Assembly (NCBI GenBank): GCA_964304625.1
Contig: OZ199839.1
Location: 5,388,898-5,452,897, forward strand
Direction: 5' to 3'
Source of the DNA: Kudoa neothunni
Lineage: Eukaryota; Animalia; Cnidaria
DNA: 64,000 bases
The notes under the pieces were generated by a model. That model was not told the origin of the DNA, ran no database searches, and worked only from the letters and a program-made list of their open reading frames with translations. Below, in pieces: positions 14,941-28,678 of the stretch (positions are counted from its first letter, which is position 1; each line of letters begins with the position of its first letter). Position numbers and translations under genes: made by a program.

Positions 14941-17627
14941 TCCTCCCTGCACGGAGTGCAAAAAAATCACATGCGGTCCGAAGTGGGGTCACTCAGGGAA
15001 CCCAGGAGAAATCGGTCTATATCAATTTTTTATTTTCAAAAACCTTAATTTAATAAATCAATAGGATTTTTTAAACTAAAAAAACTGCATATTAAAATTA
15101 AATCAATTCTCTCGATGCATAAAAATGATGCCTTTTTCACGTTAACGCATAACAAGAAGAAACGGGGTATTTTCCCATTCAAATTGATCGGATTTTAATT
15201 AGTCGGTCGTATATATATCTGATCAAACGAAAAGGTGAAAATACACGAGAAAATTAAATTTAACAATGTAAACCTTATCAGTGAATCATCTCCCGCTGGT
15301 GCGTATTTCTCGTTTATCGTCGACATAACCCGACGTATGTATCGCGAAATATTTGAGTCTTATTTGCACAAAATATCTGCATTTAATTAAAATTTATCTT
15401 TTGTATATAATCGAATATTTATTTTGTATCGAGATTAAACCATAACAAATTTCATATCCTATATTACTTCTCATTTACGTGGTACTTATATAATTTCACA
15501 CTTTTTTAATAATACAAAAATTATTTATTGAAATTTTCAGGTGTAAAACAAAAAAATTTTTGTTTCAAGTGAAATCTAATTAATGGATAAAAATGTTCAA
15601 ACTAAGAAATACGACTTCTTAATTTGCATAGATTTCATTGAAAAATTAACCTGCATTGAATCAACAGCAGCAGTTTACTTAATCTTGTTCTTAAATTGTT
15701 AGTTGGTGTTAAAAACTTCAAAAAGTTATAAAAACAAAGTTTTAAATAATGCACAATCAGATGATAAAATTAATTATTACAGTTGGAACAAAACGTAGTA
15801 TTTCTTTGATTTCTATGCCGTGCACACATAAACTTCCGACAATGGAAACACACCATCATGGTTTTTTTTGTCTACGTTCCTAGGACACCGAACGCATCGT
15901 TTCCTACCCTGCTGTGGCGAACAATTCACTTCGGATAGCGAAGAATCATTCTTTTCATCAACAAATAAGTCGAAACCATATTTTATATAATGTGGCAAAT
16001 TGTTACAATGACTCTGGCGCTGAAGAACGTTCCTCTTTGCTAACTGAATGGAAAGTTCACGCAAAAAGTATTGTCGCTTACTTTTACTGTTCTTTTTCCA
16101 ATCGGAATATTTTTTACTCCATAGTGTATATGAATTTAAACATTGCTATATCCAAAATACACATTAACACCCTCAAGGGCCATCTACGCGTATATCTAGC
16201 ACAACTTTATAATACAGTTATTTTATCCGCCATGTCGACACCTCCTTTCGTCTTATTGTAGTGAGTTATCACACTTGGTTGTTTTCTATCTTTATTTTCA
16301 ATAGAAACATCGTTATGCTCCGTTGACAAAAGGTTTACCGCGTAATATTTTTGGAACATAGGAAATCAGCGTAAGGTCTCCGTTAAACCCAAAAATTGAA
16401 GAAAACACTTCGCGGTTGGGGGATTTAGCGAATTCTTTAGGAATTTCACGTTTGTTGGAACGGATAGTTCCAATCAATGTAATTTTGTTGAGAGGAGATA
16501 CTTGGCAAGTGGCACAGTGGTAAAAAATTTATTTATTGTAACGCCTCGACGCGTACCGTAAAGTGGAGCAATTAGATCTTTCACCACTCGGGCTATATGA
16601 TTTATCTCTCTCATTCCACCAACTGTTCCAACATATAGTTGGATGTTTAAGAGATATGAAGTTTCCGAATCTGTAGCTTCCCACAATTTGATGCCATAAC
16701 GGCCCGGTTTACTTTTCATATAAACTCGAAAAGGGCATCTACCACGTAATTTAACCAACCTCTCGTAAACAATAATGTAGGGGTCTGGCCAAAAGTTTTT
16801 CAAACAGTTTTCATTGAACGCCTGAAAGATCTTTCGAAAAGCTTCGAATTGGTCGTTTGATTCTCTTTTACGGTAGTTTCTAGTAGACTTATTATCAAAT
16901 CTCAACACTTGATATATGTGGGTAAATCGATCCCTGGATATCGCTGCCGCAAAATGAAACTGCTTGAATAATGGATTGGTATCCTACACATGTAGAAGAG
17001 CAAGAGATTGGTCATTAGAGCGGCTGGAGGCAATTAAACACCTATAAAGGCTTTTAACTCGTCAATGGTTATTTCATCATTTTGTATATGTTTATATTGT
17101 TCGCAATATTTATTAGTACATGAGACGATTTCTTCAAGAATATACTCCGTAATGAATAATTCAAAGATCTCTAAAATGGTGTTGAAATTTCCTGACTCTC
17201 CTAAAAATTCAGAAGATGGAGGAATCTTGTTATAGGAACGATCCTTTGTTTTTGTGTGAGGTTCTACATTCCGTTTAAAGCCAGATTGAGAGACTAACTC
17301 AAAATCGTGATTTTCTGTTACAAAAGAATTGACCAAGTACTCAGAAAAGTCTTCTTCTTCAACATCGCTATTAATTTCCTCAAGAAAATCCTTAGTGGAT
17401 TTATCATGACTCAACAATTTCATATTCCTAAGTGTCATAACGATCAGTGGAAAAGGAATCCTCAATATATTTCTCAGCTTCGTTGCTCATAATTACAAAA
17501 TAAATGCTTTATCAAATTAAATAAAAAAAGAAAATTTTTAACATAACCAATTACCTTATCAGAATTAGAATAAAACTCGATCGAAATGAATTAACACGAG
17601 GGAGATTGGTAAACAGATGTCGGATTA
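14941..17627 (-). mobile_element. piggyBac remnant (PGBD4-like), interrupted by the Gypsy at 17628
   Basis: LRFD, RGRCPFRVYMKSKPGRYGIK, KGGVD, C-terminal RCVRCPR; terminus near 14941 resembles the right end of the 50016-52920 element. Confidence 0.88.
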
Positions 17628-17781
17628 TGTTAGGGCTTCCAGATGGTTCTAGTTTAACATAGAATACACTGAAAGCTTCTATAACAACCTATCATCGGCC
17701 TAGATGTTTCTAGAACGTTCTGGATTCTAAATTCCATATATAAACAGCTTTGTAGATATGCATATAGTGATATTAATAACA

Positions 17782-20700
17782 ATGGTGTCTTGTCTTAACA
17801 TTGGCGCAGTGACAAACGTAGAACAATTCAACGGGCATGAAGTGGATACTTGGTTGGAAAATTTTGATTTTCTCTTACTCCACAGGAACGTCCCTGAAGA
17901 TAGGCACACCCTAGAGTTATTGGTATCTCTATCGGCGGAGGTATTCTCCGTGGTTAAAGAAGGTGGTTATGATCTTAACACACCAATACGCCGTTGTTAG
18001 AGGATTCTTGATCGCCAGATACGGTAAGGTAAAAGATACCTTCGTGGCCCAACGAGAATTTTTCAGCAGCACACAAAAGGATGGACAAACACTTGTCGAA
18101 TTTGCTGAAATGGTGAGAAGGAAAGGAAGAGATGCCTTCGGTTCAATTGAACATAATAAACTGGATGAGATATTGAGAAATCAATTCATTCACGGAATAT
18201 TATCTGCTGAAACGAGGAAAAAATCTACTTGTGAAGGGACCATCTAAATTTGAAGAGGCTTTTGAACTCGCCGCGAAATTAGAATTTGCATCGCGTAAGG
18301 ATACAGCGAGGAGTCAGGATGACAAAAAATACTTCGGACGTTTTGACTGTCAAAAAAGATGATACTCTTGAGCTCGTTCTGAAAAGACTCGATGCTTTGG
18401 AAGGAAAAACCAAAAGAGGAGTCAAATGCTTCAATTGTGGCAAATTGGGTCATTATAAAAAGGATTGTTATAAAAAATATATTGTGAAGTATTCCGCCTC
18501 TTGTTTGTTATTTTTTTCCGCTAACAATACAAAACGTGCGCGTAAAAGCTATGATAGATACAGGGTCTCAATCATTATTAGTTGGGAATTTTATAAGAGA
18601 ATAAAATGCGAGGTGAGACCGACGGCTATGAAGTTAATATCAGCATGCGGTGGCTCTATGTTATTGAAAGGTGTTGCTAATCTAAAAATTCAAACCGAAA
18701 ATAAAATGATTTCCCAAGAATTTTTTGTGATTGAAAATTTGATATATGATTGTATTGTTGGAGTTGATACCTTGCAACTACTGGATTTCAAACTTCAAAT
18801 CGGGAATAATTATCTGAAAGCTGACGATCCGCATGATAGAAACGCTATGAGTATTATGTCTCTTAAGCTAGGAAAAGCAGAAATCGAAACCACATGGCAT
18901 GAAATTGATACTGGAAATCATAAACCCATAAAGGATTTTAGAAGAAGAATACCTTTTTTCCGCAGAGACGTGATGAATGGTCTTATACAAGACATGCTTA
19001 AAAATAATGTTATTGAAAAATCTTCTTCCGAATGGGCTTTCAATGCTGTGGTTGTGCCAAAGAAAAATGGAAAATTTCGTCTTTGTGTCGATTATAGGAA
19101 ATTAAACGCGGTTACAACAAAAGATTCCTACCCCTTACCACGCATTGACGACATATTTGATATGCTGGGAAATGCCAAATATTTTTCAGTATTGGATCTA
19201 AAGGATGGATACCACAATGTGCCAATAGCATTGAATGATAGAGAAAAAACTGCATTTTACGGAGTTGATGGAATCTATCATTTTAAGAAAATGCCATTTG
19301 GGCTATGTAACGCTCCTGCAACGTTTCAGAGGCTAATGAACACAGTGCTGAAAGATTATATCGGAGTTTCCCTGTTTCGTTTATTTGGATGACGTTATTG
19401 TGTATGGTGAAACCTTGGATAGTCATAAAAAGAATGTCTCTGATATCATGAATGCTCTTGAAAATGCCAAACTTAAAATAAATCTAGAAAAATCAACATT
19501 ATATCAAAAAGAGGTTAAATTCCTAGGCCATGTGATTGCTGGTGAAGGAATTAAACCAGATCCTTCAAAAACTGATATCATCCTAAATTGGCCAACACCA
19601 AAGAATGCTAAAGAATTACAACAATTTCTAGGTCTAACGAATTATTACAGGAAATTCGTGAAGGACTTTTCACAAGTATCTACGCCATTATATAATCTAT
19701 TGAAGAACGATACAAGTTGGAATTGGTCTACACAATGTGACATAAGTTTTGATTGTCTGAAAAAGTCAATAGTTGAACCGGTTATGTTAAGGTTTCCTAA
19801 CTGGGATGCACCTTTTGTATTAGATACGGACGCAAGCAATGTGCCTATTGGAGGAGTATTGGCTCAAGTGATAAATGGCGAGGAAAGAGTGGTTGCCTTT
19901 GGAAGCCGAAGCATGTCACCTAGAGAACGTAATTATTGTACTACAAGGAAGGAACTGCTGACGTTAGTTCATTTTGTTAAATATTACAAAGTGTACCTGC
20001 TTGGAAAAAAGTTTATGATTCGAACGGATCATAATGCTCTGAAGTGGTTGCTATCATTCAAGAATCCTGGGGGTCAAGTGGCTCGTTGGTTGGAGCAACT
20101 TGCAGAGTTTGATTTTGAAGTTATTCACCGGCCCGGAAAATTCCACAAAAATTCTGACTCCTTGTCGCGTATATCGTTTGATCCCAAAGTAATTTCAGCA
20201 ACACAAATATTTGGACTTGATAAAAACAAAATAATCGAGGAACAAACGAATGACCGAATAATAAAAAAGGTAGTGGATTGGATCGATTCAAATTCTACAC
20301 CAAAGACCGTGCCAACTAACGAGTGTAAAGAACTGAAAGTTTTTTGGATGTTACGAGAAAGTTTAAGAGTGATTGATGGAATTCTCTATCGTCTTTATAT
20401 TGATGAATATACAAAAGTCCAAAAACTCAGATTAGTTGTTCCTGGAAACCTAAAAAAAGAAGTGCTGAATATGCTCACGACACCGATTCTGCGGGACATC
20501 TTGGACATAATAAAGTGGCAGAAAAAGTCAAGACTCATTTCTTTTGGCCGTTCCAAAGTAAGGATATACGGAATTGGTGTGAATCTTGCGAGGAGTGTAA
20601 CGTGCGAAATCGGACTACAAAAAAAATATTTGGCAAAGCTTGATACACATATTTATTCATTTCCCATGCAAAGGGTTGCTATAGATATTGTCGGTCCTCT

Positions 20701-21204
20701 AAATACAACGGATAAAGGTAATCGGTACATATGTGTTATACAAGATTACTTCGCCAAGTGGGCAGAAGCATTTCCTATTAAAGACCAGTCAGCGTCCACC
20801 ATTGTCAATAAACTTGTTAAGCACGTTTTTAGCCGTTTTGGATTGCCCTTATCTATACATAACGATCAAGGTACTAATTTTGAATCGTCAATTTTTAAAG
20901 AAATGTGCTCAATTATGAAAATTCATAAAAGCAAGAACATGTCCCTACAATCCAAAGTCTGATGGGATGGTGGAACGTTTTAAACCGTACTATTATTGAT
21001 ATGCTTAGCAAAACATCCAAAAATAATCGTAATTGGGACACAGCAATACCCTTGGTTATGATGGCGTACAGATCAGCGATCGATTCTGCGTCTAAATTCT
21101 CCCCAAATTACTTAATGTTAGGGTGGGAAATAAAGTCACCCTTAGATATCGCTCTAAGTACTGATTGCATTAATCTCGATTTGCAAGATTATATTAGAAG
21201 TCTT
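17782..21204 (+). pseudogene. Gypsy gag-pol (frameshifted); continues at 26714-27076 after the BEL insertion
   Basis: CFNCGKLGHYKKDC knuckle, protease IDTGS, RT RLCVDYR/MPFGL/YLDD, RNase H DAS/TDH, integrase IDIVGP/DQGTNF. Confidence 0.93.
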
Positions 21205-24200
21205 TGTCGTGACTCAAGTCACGATTAAAATAAACATTTATCAGTAAACAAAATTATTTACATATTTAACAATCGGCATTTGCCGATAGAGGTCGATAAA
21301 TATTTAAACCGTTGGTTTTTTTTGCGCACAAAAAAAAGAACTAAAAAATCGCTACATGGTGTCGAAACCCGATCATCAAGAAGCTGAGGACACATATTAT
21401 CAATCCCAACTAGACAGAAAACTAGAAAACCTGGGAAAACTAATCGAAAAGGGTGAACATCTACTGACAAACAACACGCCAAACACCACCCAAAACCAAA
21501 GAGATGTGATATGCATCTCCAGGAAGATTGAAAGCAACATTATTTCAATCGAGAACACAATGGAGAAACTATATCTTTCAAACCCAAACTTTGCCCAAAA
21601 AACCCAGACAAACGTGGAGGATTTAATCGAAAGCTCCAGAGATTTAAAAATTGAGCTGGAATGCCTTTGTATGGATTACGAAGTAAACAAACAAACATAT
21701 CCTGCCCTCGTGTCATACCACAACTCCACTAATATCGAACCCGCCATGAACCAATCAACACATTTTTCCAATGCACCTCTTCCAAAACTACAACTACCCA
21801 AGTTTTCACGGCAATATTCTGACATGGCCCGAATTTTGGGAGGCTTTTGAATCTAATATTCACGTAAACAACCAGATTAACAATGTTTCAAAATTCTGGT
21901 ACCTCAAAAGCCTGCTAGAAGGGGAAGCAAAAGGATGTATCGATGGTCTTTTGGTAACTGACACCAATTACACTGAAGCAATTCATATATTGAAAACCAG
22001 ATATGAAAATCGGGGCTGCAGTAATAAACAACCATTACCTACAAATAAACAAGATTAAACCGGCTACAAACAATACGATATCATTAAAATCAACATTGAA
22101 CATGTTGGACAAACACATACGATCGTTAGAATCTCTTGGAGAAGAAGTACATTTGCAACAATTTGTTACACTAATCCTTAGCAAAATGCCATTGGAGATT
22201 GCCAACTCAATATTCCTGCTACACCACGATATTGAAATTAATCTCTCCAATGTTAGAGATGAAATTCACAAAATCATCTTAGCAAAGGAGACATCCGAAC
22301 TCTGTTGTTTTACCAAAGAAAATGTACCTCATCCGAGAAACTCATCCTCACTTGTTATGAATAACAACTATGGTAATTGGAAAAAATCATGCATCTTTTG
22401 CAAAAATCAACATTGGTCTGATGAATGCCAAAAATTCCCTACTCTGGAAGAGAGATTAAATTTGATCAAAAACAATTGTCACATTTGTTTACGAGATAAT
22501 CATTCAGCAAAAAAATTGCAAGAGAACAAAACCATATTTCTACTGCAAAAAGGTCAAAACCCATCATTCTAGTCTGTGTGACCAAAAATTTTCAACCCAA
22601 AATAATTCAACCACCCTGTTAACCAAATCGCAAAATGCACGTTTACACATAGTGCAAGTTTCAGTTAGTAATCCTCAACATCCAGTGATAACCTTAAAAG
22701 CCAACGCACTTCTTGATACTGGAAGTGAGAGGTCTTTCATAACCGAAGATCTGTCTAAAAAACTAAAGTTAACGAACCAAGAAAGAGACAATCTTCAAAT
22801 AAATACTTTTGGTTCACCATCTCACAAACAAATTCAAAGCAAAATCGTAGAATTGTTGCTCGACACAGAGGAAGGAAAAATGAAATTGGTAGCCAACTCA
22901 ACAAAACACATCATCAATCCCGTAATGCATCAACCCATTCCTGACAATATCAAAATGAAAATACAACAAATGAATATTGACAACCTAAATGAAACGGGTA
23001 TCAAACACATTGATATATTAATTGGTTTGGACTATTTTTATGAAATATTTAAATCCGTCAAACAAAAGATTCAATCAGGACTTTACATCGTTGATACTAC
23101 GATTGGGCAGCTAATCGTTGGTAGAATCGAAGCTATCAACTCAAAAATGGTTCAACCAGCAACAATAACTCTATGTACAGTCAACCACACTGAGGAAAAC
23201 GATATCCTGTTCGAACACAAAAACGAAACTGATGACTCAATTGAAAAACTATGGGCGATCGAATCTATGGGCAATGCGACACATGGTGACGAGAACATGG
23301 ATCTCATTCAAAATTTCAAGAGAAGTGTAGCAAAAGTTGACAATCGATACGTAGTATCTTTACCTTGGAAGGTCCACGGTAAAGATCTGCCATCAAATTA
23401 CCATTTGGCTAGAGGAAGACTGAAGAGTTTGATAAAAAAGGATAAGTTGCGACAAATCACTAATAAAAGAATATAATAAAATATTCGTAGCCCAAATGAA
23501 ACATGATGTAATTGAGAAAATTACCGACGAACAACCTACAAAAGATAAGTGCCACTACATTCCTCACCATTTTGTTACATCAAAATAGTTTCTACAACAA
23601 AACTCCGTATTGTTTTTGATGCGTCAGCCAAAACAACCAAAGAAAATCTAAGCTTAAATGAATGCCTACACGAAGGTCCTGTCATGATAGAGGATCTTTG
23701 TGGAATTTTGATGCGATTCCGACTCAAAAAAGTGGCGGTAACGGCCGACATCAAAAAGGCGTATCATCAGCTCGTCATTTCTCTCAAGGATCGAGATTAC
23801 ACTCGATTTTTATGGCTAAATGATATAAATTCTCCAACCCTAACAAACAATTTGGCAACATTTAGATTCAAGAGAATCCCATTCGGTATTATCTCCTCAC
23901 CCTTTCTTCTCCAATCCACAATATCGTATCATCTCAGCCAATACTCTGACCAAATATCCGATGAAATAAACAAATCAATATATGTAGACAATTTACTACA
24001 TTGTTTCCACGATCCGAGTACAGCCTTCAACGCTTACAACACAATAAAAAAGATGTTTTCGGATGCCTCATTCAACATGAGGGAATGGAACACTAATTCC
24101 AAAGAATTACATGCACAATTCGATAAAAACGATAGTATAACAGTCAAAATTCTTGGAGCAATTTGGGATACAAACAACGATACTATCAAAATTAAATCAC

Positions 24201-26708
24201 CCAATCTAAATAACAGGAAACATGTTGTATCAAAAAGAAACGTCTTAGAAGACATATCTAGAATATATGACCCCCTAAGGTTACTTTCTCCTATCACACT
24301 TAAGGGGAAAATGTTCCTAAAACAATTATGGAGAGATTGGGGTAGCTGCCTGAATGAAATGGAAATCAAAAAATGGAATAAGATCGCATCCGAACTCAAC
24401 CAAATTGATCAAATACGAACTTCAAGAACATTTCCTGTAATCGTGCCAACAGCCGACGATACACTCAAATTGGTATGCTTTTGCGATGCTTCGCAATACG
24501 CATACGCCTGTGTCATGTACCTGGTTATTTGTAGCAAAGATAAAAAGGACTCCCTTCTAATTTTTGCGAAGTGTAGACTTGCACCAATCAAAATCCTCAC
24601 AATTCCTAAATTAGAATTAATGGGAGCACAACTTGGATCAAAAATGATCAAATATGTTTGCGAACAATTGAAAACAACAATTTCGGAAAAGCACATATTA
24701 TGTGATTCAAAATGTGTGCTCCACTGGATCCAAAATCAGAGCTCCCCCTCAACATTCGCAAGAAATAGAATAAAGGATATTACCGAGGACAAAGAAATTA
24801 TTTGGAGTCACGTTAGATCTGCCGAAAACCCGGCTGATTTAGCTACCAGAGGAATATCAACAGATGATATGAATTCCGTGAAATTTTGGTTCGAAGGACC
24901 AGATTTCATAACCAGGAATTATAGTGAATGGCCAGTTGAAAATTTCTCCATTAAAGAACAACAATTGAAACAATTTCCAACACGAATCACCTTCGCACTT
25001 CCGTCGAACGATAGCAGAATAACAAACAATTGTGAAATGTTGAATATCGGAATTGATGTGAAACGATTTTCTGATTTCCACACGTTAGTAAGAACAGTGG
25101 CATGGTGTATTCGTTTCATTTCCCATTCAATGAAGCGCTACGCTTTGTGTGCAAAACTAACTCATGCCAAGTTAAACGCCGCGAAACTATTACTAATAAA
25201 AAGCCTTCAAGAGACACACTTAAAGAAACAAATTGAGGCCATCAACAACAACACAAAAGATAATATATGTTCAAACTACGGACTGTTCATTGATCCAAAT
25301 GGTTTTCTGAGATGTGGTGGAAGACTGAAAAATATAAACTCATCCGCGAATACAATACATCCCTTATTCCTCCCCAAAAACAGTCATCTAACAAATCTCA
25401 TCATTCTACAAATGCATTGCCTTGGAGGCCATTGTGGTAAAAACGCGACTCTTACACGATTCATCCATACATACTGGACACAACATTCTAGAACAACCAT
25501 ATCAAAAGCGATCAGCCAGTGCAACCATTGCAACAAGATTAAACAAATACCATTCAAACTACCCGATTTTTCACCATTACCTGCATTTAGAACTCAACAA
25601 GATGCACCTTTCTCTTACACGGGAGTGGACTACGCTGGTCCATTCATTGTATATTATGACAATCAAGAAAGGAAAGTTTGAATATGTGTGTTCACATGCG
25701 CTATCGTGCGAGCTGTTCACCTAGAGCCAACAGTTACGTTGTGCGGTGAAAGCTTTCTAAATTGTCTGAGAAGGTTTATCAGCAGAAGAGGTACACCTAA
25801 GATGATAATATCTGATAATGCCAAAAATTTTAAAATGATGTCTAAAATCCTCTCCAAGTTACAAAAGAACAAAGATCTTACACCATCGAACTTGGAAAAT
25901 TATTGTGACAAAAGGAACATTGAATGGAAATTTATCGTCGAATTTGCTCCTTGGATGGGTGGCTTTTATGAAAGGATGATTGGACTAATTAAATCATCAT
26001 TAAAAAAGACATTAGAGCCCAAAAAATACAGCAAGGACCAATTTCATACATTAATTGTCGAAATTGAGCACATTATCAACATGAGGCCACTGACTTACAT
26101 TTCTTCCGAAGATCTAGAAAGACCATTGGTCCCAGCTGATTTCCTCTGTCTAAATCCGAGACACATCAACCTAGAGAATGTGGACAACATCGATGATGAT
26201 TTCACCTTAAAAATCAATACCACTCATGAATCATTGATTGAAACATGGAAAAAGGGACACAATATACTTAACGAATTTTGGAGATCATGGAAAAATGGAT
26301 ATCTTCTCAATCTACGAACAAGATATCAAACAAAACACATTCAAAACAAATCAACTGCACTGTTTGAGCCCCGAGTAGGTGATATGGTTCACATACAAGA
26401 ACCCTCAATAAAAAAATCATTGGAGATTGGCGAAGATTAAACACTTAAATCGAAACGAAAATAATCAAATTATCTCCGCCACATTACAACTTCCCCACAA
26501 CAAAACCACCAATCGATCGATCAAACATCTATACCCCCTAGAAATAATCCCGGGGGAGTGTCGTGACTCAAGTCACGATTAAAATAAGCATTTATCAGTA
26601 AACAAAATTATTTACATATTTAACAATCGGCATTTGCCGATAGAGGTCGATAAATATTTAAACCGTTGGTTTTTTTGCGCACAAAAAAAGAACTAAAAAA
26701 TCGCTAAA
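21205..26708 (+). mobile_element. Full-length BEL/Pao LTR retrotransposon nested in the Gypsy integrase
   Basis: LTRs 21205-21356 and 26559-26708; perfect 5-bp TSD GTCTT; PBS tggtgtcgaaacccg (tRNA-Phe-like); PPT ggggggag-like tract before the 3' LTR. Confidence 0.96.
21356..26583 (+). pseudogene. BEL/Pao gag-pol (frameshifted)
   Basis: LPKLQLPKF (DUF1759-like), CIFC..H..C / CHIC knuckles, LLDTGS, RIVFDAS, YVDN, FCDAS, NPADLATRG, GVDYAGP, SDNA, GGFYER, LYPLE. Confidence 0.93.
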
Positions 26709-28678
26709 GTCTTATTAAAGATTTAAAACTTGCTTATCAACTTGAAAAAGAAAACATGGAATGGGAATTAGACAAAACCAAATCGAGATATAACAAACGC
26801 GCGTATGGAGTTCCATAGAAGGACGATGATAAAGTTTGGCTGGAAATCCCAATAAGAAAAAACAAATTGGATCCATATTATGAAGGCCGCTTCATTGTGA
26901 AACAACGTATTTCTGACTCAGTATATCGGTTAGACAGAGATGGGAAAATTGTGGTCACCAACTTCGACAAGCTGAAACCGTACGTGGATAGACGCGACTC
27001 ATTGAAGGACACATCAGCAGAGCTTTGTGAAGGGAGGACAGTGTTAGGGCTTCCAGATGGTTCTAGTTTAACATAGAATACACTAAAAGCTTCTATAACA
27101 ACCTATCATCGGCCTAGATGTTTCTAGAACATTCTGGATTCTAAATTCCATATATAAACAGCTTTGTAGATATACATATAGTAATATTAATAACAATGGT
27201 GTCTTGTCTTAACACTTATGTTTGATAAAATTATTTAGCGAAAAGTCCCTTCAAATATATTCCAGTTTATAAATTCGTATTCGATTAATATCCTTTGCTT
27301 AATACGGTTCATTTTTTTATATTTAAATCTTTATTATTTCCTCATTTTCAGCATTGATTTGTTTTAATTCCTCACCTTTATACCTACTATTACTACTCTC
27401 GTACTCTTTGGTAACTTTTCATCATATATGTATACGTTTGCATTTTCCGAAACAAATTCTGTTAACTGTTCCTCTTTTAAGTAATCTTGATGTTGCTTAC
27501 ATATACATAAGTAAATTTTTTTCTAATGTTTAGTGTCCGTGGATTATAGAGCAATCACTATAAATTGGAATTCAACATATTTATTAAGGTACTCTTACTA
27601 TACACTTTCCTTATTTTAAATGCCTAACGTTGCCATTTATGCTTATATTTTACAGATTTATTGATGAAATGCAACGTCATTTTTCTATTTCTTCTATCAG
27701 TATCTAATATTTATTCCTTATTGTTGATAAATTTATTTCATAGGTGGAAATTTCTAGGCAGTTTTTAATATAATTACCTTATAACACTTAATGTGTTTAT
27801 AATTTGATCAAATATATTTAATGTTATTCAATCTTGTTGTCTTTTTTACCACTAATGTAATTGTATCTTTTACTAAAAACAAGCGTACTATAAATGAGGA
27901 AATCTGAATATAACTGCCAAAATTGAGACTTTATCAAAAAACGTTCTTATCTAAATTGCACCTATTGTATTACGTTTATTTAAAATTTCATTACAGAAAT
28001 TTGTGTAGTAAACATTATTCTATTATATGTTAAAGCAACCAATAAATTTAATGTAGATATCGTTTAAAATTCAATCTTTAGTCATAACGCAGTAAATCGC
28101 TGCGCGAGCATATTTACTTATAAGCTAGCTTTGCTCACGTGATTTCAAACGCATCATAATTTATATCCTTACCATTATTAATAACAACAATTGAACTTTT
28201 AACAAAACATAATACAATAAGGTGACTTATTAGCCTGATCTGATTAAATCTTCTCTATTTCTTGTTATTGAGGAGATTAAAATAATTAAGACCTATAATA
28301 CCCTTTATTATTTAAGTAGAAATATATAAAGGCGATCAAACTACTCGAAATCACACGTAAGGCTCAAATTATGCATGATGCCCAATAAGGCATGCGCAGA
28401 GAAATCTACGCGCATAACTCAGCATTGAACGTGTATATAATATCTTAAAAACATCCCAGATAAATCTCCAACTTGCTTTATTAATCCCCTAGGCAATATT
28501 TTAAACGTATTATCTGTCAAATAATCTACAAAATCTTAATCTTATTATTTATTTAACTCATTATCATATATATTTATTATACAGTGAGCTCAAACATGCT
28601 ACCAATCATGTAACAAGTGCAACATATTAGTTTATCTGTATCGAGCTCTATTATTCTACACTCCGCAAGTGCAAACTG

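Larger units (their letters stand above)
17628..27214 (+). mobile_element. Full-length compact Ty3/Gypsy retrotransposon (~4.08 kb excluding the nested BEL)
   Basis: 173-bp LTRs at 17628-17800 and 27042-27214 (4 differences); PBS TGGCGCAGT (tRNA-Ser-like); PPT gaagggaggacag; imperfect TSD atta/ctta. Confidence 0.96.

Noticed and set aside
27042-27214. All four LTR-LTR differences are G (5') versus A (3'), suggesting APOBEC- or RIP-like hypermutation
   Set aside because: The solo LTR at 7644 has A at two sites and G at the other two, so the changes are not polarised
27250-28650. Possible host gene on the minus strand, or the missing piggyBac 5' end
   Set aside because: No consistent frame, recognisable motif or TIR
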